This document shows positions 21,196-34,127 of a DNA stretch of 64,000 nucleotides, in pieces (the stretch's first letter is position 1; each line of letters begins with the position of its first letter). This stretch comes from Octopus vulgaris. Taxonomy: Eukaryota. The stretch is taken from assembly GCA_951406725.2 (NCBI GenBank), contig OX597814.1, forward strand, positions 103,230,001 through 103,294,000, written 5' to 3'. A model generated the notes under the pieces. That model ran no database searches and had not been told where the DNA came from. It was given only the letters and a program-made list of their open reading frames with translations. The translations under genes and the position numbers were made by a program.

Positions 21196-22269
21196 CTCAC
21201 TCCTCTGGAACTTCACCATTCAAACTGACAGAAAGATAGATGCAAATAGGCCAGACATATTGAAAGACTTCAGACAAAAATTATGCCTCCTCATTGATAT
21301 GACTGTCCCAATCGATATAAACGTATCTGTAAAGACCTACCAAAAACTGAGCAAAAATAAAGATCTTGAAATAGAAATCAGCAAAATGTGGAACCCGAAG
21401 ACTAAAACAATACCTGTTGTCATAGGTGCCCTAGAATTGATAGCAAAAGGGGCTGATTGCTACCTAGCTGAGATACCAGGAAACCCCAAAATGGCAGAAA
21501 TTCAAAAGATAGTGCTCATGGGAACTGCTCATCATCATTTAGCGTCCGTTTTCCATGCTAGCATGGGTTGGATGGTTTAACTGGGGTCTGTGAAGCCAGA
21601 AGGCTTCATCAGGCCCAGTCAGATTTGGCAGTGTTTCTACGGCTGGATGCCCTTCCTAACGCCAACCACTCCGTGAGTGTAGTGGGTGCTTTTTACGTGC
21701 CACCTGCACAGGTGCCAGACAGAGCTGGCAAACGGCCACAAACGGATGGTGTTTTTATGTGCCACCAGGCGAAGCTGGCAACGGACACGAACGGATGGTG
21801 CTTTTACGTGCTACCGGCACGGGGGCCAGGCGAGGCTGGCAACGGACACGAACGGATGGTGCTTTTACGTGCTACCGGCACGGGGGCCAGGCAAGGCTGG
21901 CAACGGACACGAGCGGATGGTGCTTTTACATACCAACGGCACGGGGGCCAGTCGAGGCTGGCAACGGACACGAATGGATGGTGCTTTTACATGCTACCGG
22001 CACGGGGGCCAGGCGAAGCTGGCAACGGACACGAGCGGATGGTGCTTTTACGTGCCCCTACGCAAAATACTTTCTATGTAATCTCAAGTTTTAAAATAAA
22101 CATAATTTTCTTATGGTTTCTTAAACATTCTCTAGAACAACACTATGTACAAAACCAAATATATGACACCCGAGGCATAACACCAACATGAACTTCCAAC
22201 TTGTTGTCTCTTGAGATCTCTGGCTGAGACTTGGAGCCAACTTGTACAAATGTAAAGCAAAAGTCAAAC

Positions 22270-22318
<49 letters not shown>
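21196..22318 (+). mobile_element. Dong/R4 3' fragment 5, split by an insertion at 21531-22058
   Basis: NRPDI..LIDMTVP..PVVIGAL..MGTAH stops at 21530 and resumes as LRKILSM* at about 22058. (TAA)n tail at 22271-22318. Confidence 0.85.
21531..22058 (-). mobile_element. (GAT)n-tailed RTE-associated element (V-domain-like) with internal 61-bp tandem repeats
   Basis: Shares the core ctggatgcccttcctaacgccaaccactcc with many copies in this window. The 61-bp period is visible from acgg at 21781, 21842, 21903, 21964 and 22025. Confidence 0.85.
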
Positions 22319-22319
<1 letters not shown>

Positions 22320-22720
22320 TCCCAATCAAAACAAATCAGGTGCTGGAGTATAACAGACAAGATGCACCACATATGCTATATAGTTGATGTTGGATACCCC
22401 TTTGACCCATGAATAAACAAGAAGGAAGGTGGAAATATAGATAGATACAACCCTCTTAAGCACAAAATAGCCTGGCTAAGAAGAATAAAGAAGGTGAAGA
22501 TAGTGCCAATTATTGTTGGGTCCTTGGAAACAGTATCAGAAGACATCAACAGGAATATAAAGGAAGTTGGAATAGAACTGTTACAAAATAATCAGGAAAG
22601 TATTAGATAGCTGAAAAGAATGGATAGCATGGTACCATAGGCTGCAGGTAATACGCTTGCTACACATGTAAGACTCCAGGAACTCCAACAAAACCTGCGA
22701 TAAAGAGAAATAATAATAAT
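22319..22720 (+). mobile_element. Dong/R4 3' fragment 6
   Basis: REL remnant (IVDVGYPFD, IVPIIVGSLET), 3' UTR and a short (AAT)n. Confidence 0.7.
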
Positions 22721-25700
22721 GGTTAGAGAGTACAGAAAACGAATGCACAGAGAATGGAAGGCAATGGATCTGTTTGAAATTACTGAACAGAGATTATGTG
22801 ACCAAGCAAGAGCAATATGAAAGAATGGATGGTTAACAGAATTGGAGCTAGAAGCTGTTAAAAGAAAGATGATGACTGATGCTGGGCATATAAGAAACAT
22901 AAGTGGTATAGTGGAAGAGATGGACAAGTGTTTGCAAGAATATACAATCATGAAATGTAAAAGAATTGAGATCAGTGACGACCTAAACAATGAAGACCAA
23001 TTGATAATAAACAGGATTTCGGATCTTTTAAGTACAGAAGGGGCAGAATTTATGTGTGACTTTAAGAATGCTAACCAATGGAGACTAAATCAAAATACAA
23101 GTAAAGTTAATAATGTATTGAGACAAATTGAAACAAAGAACATCTTATTAACGAATAATCTCATCAAGGTTGCAAATAGGATTTTGGAAGAAAGGATGGG
23201 ACTGAGAACTATTGAGAACAGAACATCAATGGAGAGAAGATGAAAGAAACAACGTTGGTAGAAAGGGAGAATTTCCGAAGATATAAACTCCCTGAACAGT
23301 GTGGGGTCAATACTTGTCAGGAAAAGAAATGGAGAACTGAAGAATGATAGCAACTTCCAAAAAGTGAGGAACAAGCATGGTATAGATACAAAAAGCCTGA
23401 ATATTGTAATTGAAGAACTGAAGCAGCGCATACACGCAAAAAAAGCAAAGCTAACTGGGTTTGAACAACAGGTTAAGCAATACCAGCAAAACAAATTGTT
23501 TAGAACCGACCAAAAAAGATTTTATCAAGAGATTAATGATGATAAGAAACGTGAAAGATTAGTCCCTGATGCTGGTGAAAGTCGACTTTATGAGGGTAAG
23601 ATATGGAGTAAGCAAGAACAACATAATACTGCAGCTGAATGGCTCTGCAGCCTGAAGCAAACAGCTTCTTATCCCCAGCAAGAGGCTATCCACTTCACAG
23701 AAGACAATATCAGAAATATGAGTAAAAAAATGAGCAATTGGAGAGTAGCAGAATCTGATGATTTTGAGGGATTTTGGATCAAAAAGTTCAGTAATTGCCA
23801 TAAATTGACTGCAGAGCAATTTAATGCATTGATTGATGGAGAAGAAGAAATCCTAGGTTGATAGAAAAAATGATGGATGGTACTGTGTCTAAAGAATGCA
23901 TCAAAAGGAAATACTGCTGACAATTTCTTGCCTTCCATTAATGTAAAAGTTACTGTCAGGAGGAATTGCAGAAGATAATGCAAGATTGTAAATGAAGAAC
24001 AAATCTGGGAATGGCCTGGGTTGACTACTGCAAAGCTTATGATATAATTCCACTTTCATGGACCATTGAAAGCTTAAATCTGTTTGGAATTGAGAGGAAT
24101 GTATTTCCTGAAGAGAAGTATGGTGGGGTGGAAAACTGAATTGACATCCTATGGAAAAAGCTTGGGCACCCTGGACACCAGAAAAGGGATTTCCCAGGGT
24201 GATAGCTTATCTCTGTTGCTTTTTGTTCTCTGCATGATCCCTCTGACCTTGGTACATAGGAAAATGAACTTGGGATATCAGCTAAAGGGAAAATCCCAAA
24301 CAATCAATCACGTCCTCTTCATGGATGATTTGAAACTGTGGCAAGGATGAGGCACAAGTGAGTTCCTTGGTAAACACAATCCCCTGTTTTAGTGCTGATA
24401 TCAGAATGGAATTTAGATCCAAAAAGTGTGGAATAATCCCCTTAAAAAGAGGCAAGATACAGTTCCTAGCAGGGATAGAATTACCAAATAGAGAACTGAT
24501 TAAACAAATTGAAATGGAAGGCTACAAATACCTTGGTGTACCAGAGTTCAATGAAATAATGGAGAAGGGAATGAATGGGCAACTGAGGATGGAATATTTC
24601 CAATGACTAAAATTAGTGTTGCACTCAAAATTGACTGGGTGGAATAAAATCCAAGCAGTTAATACATGGGCAATAGCATCACTTTGGTATGGAGCTGGAA
24701 TTATAAAATGGCAAAAGGATGAACTGATGAAAATGGATACAAAGACAAGAAAAATGTGGACAGTGCATGGAACCTTCCACTCCAAAAGTGACCCTGATAT
24801 GCTGTACTTGTCCAGAAGAAAGGGTGGTAGAGGTTTGATCAGTTGCCAGGATTGTATCGAAGCAGAGGAAAACAGCCTAGGATGGTATGTAAAAAATACC
24901 ATAGAACCATCGTTGAAACATGCAAAGCAGGCTGGTGTCATCAAAGCTGAGAATTGTGTAATGAAAGAAAAATTCACTGTGGGAAAGAACACAAAATAAG
25001 AATCAGTATGGAAGAGGAAAAAATGTACAGTCAGTTTGCAAGAGTTACAAACACCAAGACAGATACAGAAGACCAATGGCTATGGATGTGGAGGAGTGAA
25101 CTGAAGATAGAGACAGAAGCTCAGCAACTAAGTGAAGTGCAGAAGAGACAACACTATTGACAGCAACAAATGCAGAATGTGTCATGAGAGGGGTGAAATG
25201 GTGTGGTACATCATGAGCAAATGCCTGAAATTGGCACAACGTGAATACAAAAGACAACATGACAATATGACAAGAATGATCCATTGGGGAGCTCTGTGGA
25301 AATAACAGCCAACAAAGATCAAAGAAATAGTATGAGAAAACCTGAGAAGGAGTCACAGAGAATGAAAATTGCAAAATCCTGTGGGATGCAATGATTCAGT
25401 ACAATCACCCAACCAGTGAAAAGAAAAGGAAAGAACATGCATGATAATCAACATAGCATGTCTTGGTGACAACAGAATCAAAGAGAAAGAAGAAGAAAAA
25501 GTAAAAGAACTATAATGATTTGAAGGGGAAAAATAGGAAGGTTGTGGTCAATGAAGAGAGTAGAAGTGGTACCAATAGTAATTGGTGCACTTGGAAGTAT
25601 CAGCACTCAACTACCAACATGACTGAAAAAGACTGGTAAAGGTAGAACACCTACAAAAATCAGCATTGCTTAAAACTGCAAGAATTCTTTGCAGGGTTCT

Positions 25701-25820
25701 TGAAGCATGACCAGTAAACAAGTGTCACCTTAGTCTACTGGCTGTGAATAGCTGACATTTGCCATCAAACCCGGCAAAATAAGCTGTGAGTTTTCATATA
25801 GTAATAATAACAATAAAAAA
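22721..25820 (+). mobile_element. Dong/R4 near-full-length degenerate element 7
   Basis: N-terminal YRKRMHREW..EQRLCDQARAI; RT GISQGDSLSLLLF / HVLFMDDLKL; LYLSRRKGGRGL; REL remnant; (TAA) tail. Confidence 0.9.
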
Positions 25821-26279
25821 AAACATAGAAGCTATCGTAGACTCTCAACACTACATACTATCCAGAAAATAGCGCTGCTAGGAACAGCTCCCATCCTACA
25901 CAAGACGCTATCAGTTCAATCATACAACTCAAATGAAACAATCCACAAACACAAGACAAACTCTGTACAGTAAATATTCAATGAAATAAACACCCACCAC
26001 ATCATGTCCTCTACAGGCCGGATATGCAACTGAACAACACAACTCACATTACACACAATACAAACACTAAAACAACAAAAAACTGTAACCAGAACCATAA
26101 AAAGACAAACTGATGCAATACAATGCTGGGAAAAGTTTGTACTCCCCTAAAAACAACAACAAAACCATTCACGCTGTTACACACATTCCAACAATACGGT
26201 GGTGTTGCAGAAATTTGCCTGAATAACAATAATAATAATAATGATGATGATGATGATTGTAATAATAATAATAATAAAT
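25821..26279 (+). mobile_element. Dong/R4 3' fragment 8 with long 3' UTR and mixed AAT/GAT tail
   Basis: IQKIALLGTAPILHKTLSVQ followed by a UTR and a tail at 26223-26279. Confidence 0.75.
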
Positions 26280-27791
26280 ACCTAGGAATAAATGAAGGCT
26301 CTGGTATCCAGCATGCAAGCATGAAAGAGAAGGTTAGGAAGGAATGTTATAGAAGAGTTCGAGCAGTCCTGAAGTCTGAGCTGAATGCATATGATAAGGT
26401 GTTAGCTATAAATTCCTTAGCAGTCCCAGTTGTTCTTTATAGCTTCAATGTGCTTAACTGGAATACCAGTGAAATAATGAAAATTGACAGAAAAGTCCGC
26501 AAGCTACTGACTTGTAATAAGATGCACAATCCAAAGGCAGACGTGGATCGCCTTTACCTTCCCAGAGCTCAGAGAGGTCAAGGTTTGATCCAACTTGAAC
26601 TTACATACAAAACCACCACAATCGGACTGACCAAATACCTTGAAGCAACCAACGATTGGATGCTAAAACTTGTTGAAAAACATGAAAGACCAAAAAAACT
26701 TCACTCTATTCTCAAAGAGAGCAAAATATTCGCTGCTGATCTCTTAAGATACTCACCAGATTGATCAGGCTGAAGGAAATGCACTAACTGCTGCTGCAAA
26801 GAAAATAAGATTAATTGCAAAGACAAAAGCACATGAAAAATTAGCTAGCAGATGGGAACAGAAGCCTCTCCATGGCAAGTATGTGGCCCATAGCAAACAA
26901 GCTGATGTCGACCAGAAACACACGCACCAATGGTTATGAAGCTCAGGGCTAAAAGTGGAGAGTGATGGTTTCATATTAGCTGCTCAAGACCAAAGCTTAT
27001 TAAACAGGAACTACCAAGCCAATGTGATAAAAAATGGAGCTGACCCAAAATGCCGATTCTGTAACGATGAGATTGAAACAATAGACCACCTAATCTCAGG
27101 GTGTAGAGTCTTAACACCTGTAGAATATAAAGCAAGACATGACAGAGTCGGCCAGTATTTACATTGGACAATATGTCGGCATTATAAAATCAAAACCGCT
27201 GACAAATGGTATAAACACCATCCTGAAGCTGTTACTGAGGGAGAAAATGTGTCGATTCTATGGGACTTCCCCGTACAGACCGACAAAACTATAAAAGCTA
27301 ATAAACCGGATATTATTATAAAAGATCAGACAAAAAAGGTGTGTTTATTAATTGACATGAGTATTCCTTGCGATCACAATATAGCGGCGAAAGAATTTGA
27401 CAAGATTAGTAAATATAAAGACATGCTAATAGAAATTGAAAAAATGTGGCATCTCAAGGCGACTACAGTACCAGTGATTGCAGGATCTCTAGGAATGATA
27501 AAAAAAAGGTACTGAAACCTATTTGAAAATGATTCCAGACTTACCATCCCTACAGGAAGTGCAAAAAATCGTATTAACTGGAATGGCTCATGTACTGAGA
27601 AGAGCACTATCGCTGTGAAAACAACATCCATCCATGAATTTATTTATTTATTAATTTTTAAATACATATTTTACCTGTGAATTTGCGCATGTAATCTGGG
27701 AATGCATACAATGGGCTTCTCTGCCCTAGGTGTATGGAAAACACTCGGCGAGAAACGGAAGAAAATTTGAAGAAAGAGGGAAAAAACATAA

Positions 27792-27841
<50 letters not shown>

Positions 27842-27859
27842 AAAATAATAATAATAATA
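26278..27859 (+). mobile_element. Dong/R4 3' fragment 9 (post-RT, CCHC, REL) with (TAG)n/(AAT)n tail
   Basis: KYLGINE..DRLYLPRAQRGQGL; ESDGFILAAQDQ..CRFCNDEIETIDHLISGC..NKPDII..LIDMS. Confidence 0.9.
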
Positions 27860-29232
27860 AAGGAACTCTACCGAAGGGTAACAATGGTCCTAAACTCAGA
27901 ATTAAATGCTGCTAAACAGAATTAATGTGATCAATTCTTTGGCCATTCCAGTAACCACATATAGTTTTGGTATCATTAAGTGGAGCTTCACAGACATATA
28001 TGGATGGAAAGATCTGTATAATCCTTACAAGGTACCGAATGTACCATCCAAAATAGGTGGAAGAGACCTGATACAGCTCGAACAATCCTTCAAATCAGCA
28101 ATAATAGGCCTTGAAAAATAAGCATGAAGATTCCAAGCAAGCTTCAGTCATGAAGCTCAGTCAGAAGTTTTTAAAATCCTACAAGTTAACAATAAGAATG
28201 ACCAAAGACACCCAAATACTGACAGACCTACCACTGCTTCTCCTGATTTAGAAATTAACAATCAGAAAGACCAGAGAGATCCAAATGGTGACAAACCTAT
28301 CACTGATGCAAAAAACATCAAACAAAAAGCAAAGAAGGCTTGCATGAATAACATGGAAGACAACTGGAAAGGCAAACCCCTGCATGGAAAATACCCTAAC
28401 CACCAGTTCAAGCTAGATATTGATCAAAATCTAACACAGCAATGGCTACAAAGGACAGGTCTGAAAGGGGAAACAGAAGGTTTTGTTATTGCAGTGCAAG
28501 GTCAGAGCTTACCTACCAGAAATTACCTTAAAGATGGATCTGACCCCTCATGCAGAATTTGTGGAAAATTCACAGAGACAATTGATCATGTTGTTTCTAG
28601 CTGCCCAGTCCTCACTGAAAAGGAGCACCTTATAAGACATAACAGACTAGGGCAGTACATCCACTGGAATGCTTGTAAATACGACAAAATTAAATTTTAT
28701 AAGTGGTACCGTCTTGATGGTGTAGTAAATGGCGAGGGCATCACCATCCTTTGGATCTTCCCAATACAAACAGACAGAAAAATTTATTCCAATCGACCAG
28801 ACATTGTGATCAAGGACTACAAGAGAGGAACTTGTCTGTTAATAGATAAGTCAGTCCCACAAGATCAAAATGTCTCAAGAAAAGAATACGAAAAGCTTTC
28901 TCACTACAAAGATCTGCAAATTGAAATCACAAAAATGTGGAAGCTTAGTACTATGATAACACCAGTAGTAATTGGTGCATTGGGAATGATAAAGAACGGA
29001 GCTGAGAAGTATATTAAGCAACTGCCTAGTAATTCCAATCTCTGAGAGCTACAAAAGATAACCTTGATGGGTACAGCCCGTATACTACGGAAAGCACTCT
29101 CCATCTAAAATGGAATAAATGTGGTGATAATTTTAGCATGCATAGCAAAACAAAAGTGCCCTTGATACTCTTGGCCTCCGGGGGATTCCCGGTACTAAGG
29201 CAGCTGAAAGAAAGTTATAATGAAAGAAAGCC
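27860..29232 (+). mobile_element. Dong/R4 3' fragment 10
   Basis: ORF 28344-29045 reads KPLHGKY..ETEGFVIAVQ..CRICGKFTETIDHVVSSC..NRPDIV. Confidence 0.9.
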
Positions 29233-29233
29233 A

Positions 29234-29309
<76 letters not shown>

Positions 29310-29400
29310 TAATAATAATAATAATAAATAATAATAATAATAATAGTAATAGTAATAATCATAATAATAGTAATAATAATAATAAATAATAATAATAATA

Positions 29401-29440
<40 letters not shown>

Positions 29441-29490
29441 GTAATAGTAATAATAATAATAGTAATAGTAATAATAGATAATAAATAATA

Positions 29491-29537
<47 letters not shown>

Positions 29538-29573
29538 ATGATAATAATAATAATAGTAATAGTAATAATAATA

Positions 29574-29611
<38 letters not shown>

Positions 29612-29660
29612 TAATAATAATAATAATAATAACAATAACAATAATAATAATAATAAAAAT
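29233..29660. repeat. ~430-bp degenerate (AAT)n tract
   Basis: Direct trinucleotide repeat with AGT/AAC variants. Confidence 0.95.
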
Positions 29661-29970
29661 AAAAAAAGGGACTGAAACCTATTTGAAAGTGATTCCAGGC
29701 CTACCATCCCTACAGGAAGTGCAAAAAATTGTATTAACTGGAACAGCTCATGTACTGAGAAGAGCATTATCGCTGTGAAAACAACATCCATCCATGAATT
29801 TATTTATTTATTAATATATAAATACATATTTTATCTGTGAATGTGCGTGTGTAATCTGGGAATGCATACAATGGGCTTCTCTGCCCTAGGTGTATGGAAA
29901 ACACTCGGCGAGAAACGGAAGAAAATTTGAAGAAAGAGGGAAAAAACATAATAATAATAATAATAATAAT
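29661..29970 (+). mobile_element. Dong/R4 3' fragment 11; near-identical to 27500-27790
   Basis: Same ORF end and 3' UTR (…ggaaaacactcggcgagaaacggaagaaaatttgaagaaagagggaaaaaac) plus (AAT)n. Confidence 0.9.
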
Positions 29971-30850
29971 GAAAGGAAACAGGTGGAGCCTCATGGGCTG
30001 ATTAATAATGATACATCTAGTGAGAGTGTCACAATAAAAACACTTGTAATTGCACAGCCTGATAATCACTACCTCATAGGAGTGACAATGGAATGACAAA
30101 ACATTGTGAATAGCGGTGGGGAGGAAACTGAAGCTAATGATGGTGACAGTTTTACACCCGGTAGGCTCAGAGATTCTGGTCCAGCTCCAGCCTGTTGATA
30201 TCCAGAAAGGGACCACCACACACGGCGTAGATGGAGCAAGCAAATTAATGCTGTGCTCATGGAATGTTACTACCTGAGCAACCCGGTAGATGAAAATGGT
30301 GCTCAAATTTGGGGTTACCGACAACATATGTATGATCATTGGAGAGAAAAGGGATTGATTCAGCTCATGGAAGAAAGACTGTGATCAAGCAAGAGCAATA
30401 AGGAAAAATTGTTGGTTCAAAGAAGTCGAGCTCGAAGCTATCAAAAGACAGGTCATGGAAAATAGCAGCTGAGACAACAATGAAAATACAGTTCTTACTT
30501 ATAAGAGTAATCTCATAGCACAGGAAAGAAGCAGTAGTAGTTTATTTGATGAGAGACATATAGATGATCTGAAAGAAGACGATAAAATTAATGGCGACAT
30601 GGCAGATGAACAGATCTACGACAGAATAAAGGCAAGACTACAGGAGAACGATAGTGACATTATTTGCAACCTTAAGAAGGTTGATCGATGGAAATTGAAC
30701 CAAGAAATGAAAAATGTCAACGAAATTCTGAAATACATCAGCACTAACAGCAAACAAATAATTTGATCAAGGCAGCAAGTATTGTTGTAGCAGAAAACGT
30801 GGGTGTTGATGTCAAGAAAAAGAAACATAATGAGAGTAAAACAGAAATGT
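29969..30850 (+). mobile_element. Dong/R4 5' fragment 12 (N-terminal Myb-like region)
   Basis: RRRWSKQINAVLMECYYLSNP..GYRQHMYDHWREKG..CDQARAIRKN, homologous to the start of element 7. Begins directly after (AAT)n. Confidence 0.8.
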
Positions 30851-31311
30851 ACAGACAAATGTCTTCCTTCTCTTGAGATCTTTTCAATTTCTTGATGTTA
30901 TCATGTGATGAGATTGAGATAAAAGCCCCTTTACAAGAAGCCTTGCAATATTATTTGAGAGAAAAGCAGATAAATAAAAACCTCCCAAGGTGAAAGCCAG
31001 AATGTTTGATGGTTGGGAAGAACATTCATCGACCAGACACTCATTCACACTGAGCTACTTAATGAATTAGTGTGGTACTTAATGAATTAATGAAGTACAT
31101 TGTACAACACACAAATATAAAAGCGGACACCTGTGTGATCCGATCAAAACACCTGTTGAACAAACTCAAGCACCTTGAGGAACCTGACATGCTTTTGGTT
31201 CTTCTCAGATGAGAAGATTTTTGTCCTGGAGTGAAAGATGGTTCTGTGCCAGCTGCACTGAAGTCCCCACCACTATGTTGCCATTGTGACGTGAAGTGTA
31301 ACATGGTACCT

Positions 31312-31460
31312 GCCCGAGGTCGACTTTGCCTTTCATTCTTTCGGGGTCGATAAACTAAGTACCAGTTACACATTGGGGTTGATGTAATTGACTTAATCCA
31401 TGTGTCTGTCCTTGTTTGTCCCCTCTGTGTTTAGCCCCTAGAGAGTAGTAAAGAAATAGG
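31312..31460 (+). mobile_element. SINE (Meta-like domain), 5'-truncated
   Basis: ccgaggtcgactttgcctttcattctttcggggtcgataaactaagtaccag. Confidence 0.8.
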
Positions 31461-32312
31461 TACCTATGTTGCTACATATAAGTCACCCAAATCCATATTT
31501 ATACTTAAATAAACTAGCAACAATCCTCTCTCACCAGAATTGCATCTCCCTAGAATCGTTCTCTTTGTCTTATTTCCTACTCCATTACAAATTAATTAAT
31601 ACAAATGTAAACTGAGAATTAATTATTTCCTTAATCACCCCACCACCAGTTATCCTTGTCTCCTTATCTGGACCACTTTCATCCCTTAAACTTATAAAAC
31701 AAAATGGAGTTAGATGAAACAAGCAACAAAATGTATCAAGACAATTATTGTTTCATTAACAGCTGTCTGTTTTTATTTGTTCCTGCATGCTTTGGTTTAC
31801 AGCCCCCTTAAAAGAACATGAATATCTCAAACAGACATCACCACTTTTCACATTAAAATCTTTTGCCCCACACCAACCATTGATGGTATGCTTTTTTTTA
31901 AGCTCAGTTTTTATGATTTATATTTGTTCTTTTTTCATCTTTTCCTGCTGTAAATATCTATCAGTTCTTACTTAAAATGTAATCTGTGAGGTAATGAATG
32001 CATATGAACTTTGACAAAGAATAAGGTTTCGCTATTTTATATATCCTTTATAAGGTCATCATATCAGAAGTTTACAACGTTTGCTTTAAGATCTTGCTCT
32101 GGACTACTTTGAACACGAAAAACTTAAAATAACTTACTGGGCTGTGGTAGAGGTTCTGATTGAAAAAACTTTATGGTTCTAAGTTTAAGTACTGCCAAAG
32201 ATTTCTTTGGCTTTTATCTCCATGGGAAAAAAAGCACTCAATACCCAACAAAACATTAAGGTAAGTAATCAAATTTGAGGAACTTTGGGATGGTTTGCAT
32301 TTGCATAATTCA

Positions 32313-33528
32313 CAGGATGCATCATCCATTTGAGAACAAAATTTTTAAGAACAGTAAGTGACTCAAACTTCAACTAAATATCCATCCTCTTTTTTTTTTT
32401 CCTGCCCCAACACAGAAGCTGCGAATCTAACACAACTGATGAGAAGGGACACTACTCTTGTCCCCTTCGCCACCAACCAGACTGATTCAGAGATTGCAGC
32501 CTTCTTAAATGTCACCGAAATCCTTCAAGTTTAAGAAAAGATCTCCTGCTCTCTGATGGTTATGTGTCTTCCATATGCAAAATAAAAAAAAAAAGAATAT
32601 TCTTCACAATCAGATGTTGTCAAAAAAGTTGAGTTTGTTCAGCAAGTATGGGGCATTATTGAGATTCCTAACAGGTCAATGCGAGCAGCCGTTGCCAATC
32701 ATTGTGTGTCAGAGTCAACGATACCTATGTTATGAGGAGACACCAGTTCGTACCCAATGAGATCCAGGAGAATTGTGGGATCTAGTCAAAGCACTTGCCG
32801 AACAAACTCAAGCGCCGTCAAGAGCCTGATGTGCTCTGGTTTTGCTCTGATTGGAAGAAATTTGTTCAAGATCAAAAAGGCAACAGGAGGAATAACAGAT
32901 GGCTCTGTGCTAGCCTCCCTGAAGTTCCCACCGTTATGCATACCAAGTTCCCATTATTTATGGTCGTCTTGGCAGTTGTGAGCAACGAGGGCCATGTCAT
33001 GTTACCTCACTTCTTCCTGCAAGTTCTTAGGGTCAATTCAGTTGCCTTCATCAAAACAATGAAGACAGTTGTCAAGCCCTGGACCATAGGAAATGCTTGG
33101 GGAGGCTGCACGTGTTCTGGCAAAACTCCGCTCTTTCAACACTGCCTGCATGTCCCAGTAGTGGCTGGCTGAAAAGTTTCATGATCATGTTACCCTTAAC
33201 ATTTGGCCTTCTAGCTCTCCAGATTTAACTCCCACCTCAACTTCTGTATCTGAGGCATTGCTGAGAGGGAGACCAACAAGCATGGCCACCAAAGACTCGT
33301 CGATGTCTGCTGTTGGGGACGTTATGGCCATCACAAATGAAGATCACTTGATTAACGCAGTCAATTGCTTCAGAGTCCATATCAAAGCTGGTGACTGAAT
33401 TAAATAGCCTTTTGCTCAGCATTTCTAAGAATATGTCTACCAAATTCTATAAAAAAATATTAGTTTTCCAAATAAATATTTTTGTTTTCCTTAATTAAAA
33501 TTTTGTCCTCAAAAAGTTGATGCATCTG
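32313..33528 (+). mobile_element. Tc1/mariner-superfamily (maT/DD37D-like) transposon remnant with both TIRs
   Basis: Imperfect ~35-bp TIRs (caggatgcatcatccatttgagaacaaaattt / aaattttgtcctcaaaaagttgatgcatctg|TA). Transposase remnant WFCSDWKKFVQDQKGNRRNNRW..HTKFP..VVSNEGHVMLPHFF..VKPW and WPSSSPDL. Confidence 0.8.
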
Positions 33529-33589
33529 TAGTAAAAGAGTCACTGTTCTGTGGGAGAATAAGTTGGGAGCCAATACCTCAAGTGTTTAA

Positions 33590-33950
33590 CATCTTTGGCA
33601 GCCAGTATTGTCCCAGTGGCACATAAAAAGAATGTTCAAGCATTGGGTCTCACAGAGGCAATGACAAATCACCGAGACTTTGGCAACTTGCTGGGCTTGA
33701 GACGATCCGTCAAGCCAAGTGAAATTGTAGCTGTGGCATATACTGGTGCCACGCAACCCACACCCGTGCCAGTGGCACATGAAAGCACCCATTACACTCT
33801 AGGAGTGGTTGGTGTTAAGGTGGGCATCCAGCCATAGGAACCATGCCAAACCAGACTGGAGTCTGGTGCAGCCCCTCGGCTTACCAGCCCTGGTCAAACC
33901 ATCCCACACATGCCAGCGTGGACAACAGATGTTAAATTATGATGATTATG
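33590..33950 (+). mobile_element. (GAT)n-tailed RTE-associated element
   Basis: gagtggttggtgttaaggtgggcatccagc core and …gttaaattatgatga end. Confidence 0.75.
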
Positions 33951-33959
33951 ATATATATG

Positions 33960-34120
33960 TAGAGGTGTGGCAGTATGGTATGATGTTTGCTTCCCAACCA
34001 CATGGCTCTGGGTTCCATCCCACTGCTTGGAACATTGGGCAAGTGTCTTTTATTATAGCCTCGGGCCGACCAAGGCCTTGTGGGTGGATTTGGTAAATGG
34101 AAACTGAAAGAAGCCTGTCA
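33960..34120 (+). mobile_element. tRNA-head SINE with CORE-like domain
   Basis: A-box tggcagtatgg, B-box ggttccatcc, then ttgggcaagtgtctt..ggaaactgaaagaagcc and (AT)n. Confidence 0.75.
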
Positions 34121-34127
34121 TATATAT

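Noticed and set aside
21568-22191. Three overlapping repetitive ORFs, or a CRISPR-like array
   Set aside because: They arise from a 61-bp tandem unit (not a multiple of 3) inside a retro-element; there are no unique spacers and no cas genes.
29138-29791. Poly-I/N/Y/L ORFs
   Set aside because: Translations of the (AAT)n tract. The same applies to YI-, HT-, CV-, YLSI- and poly-D/M ORFs elsewhere.
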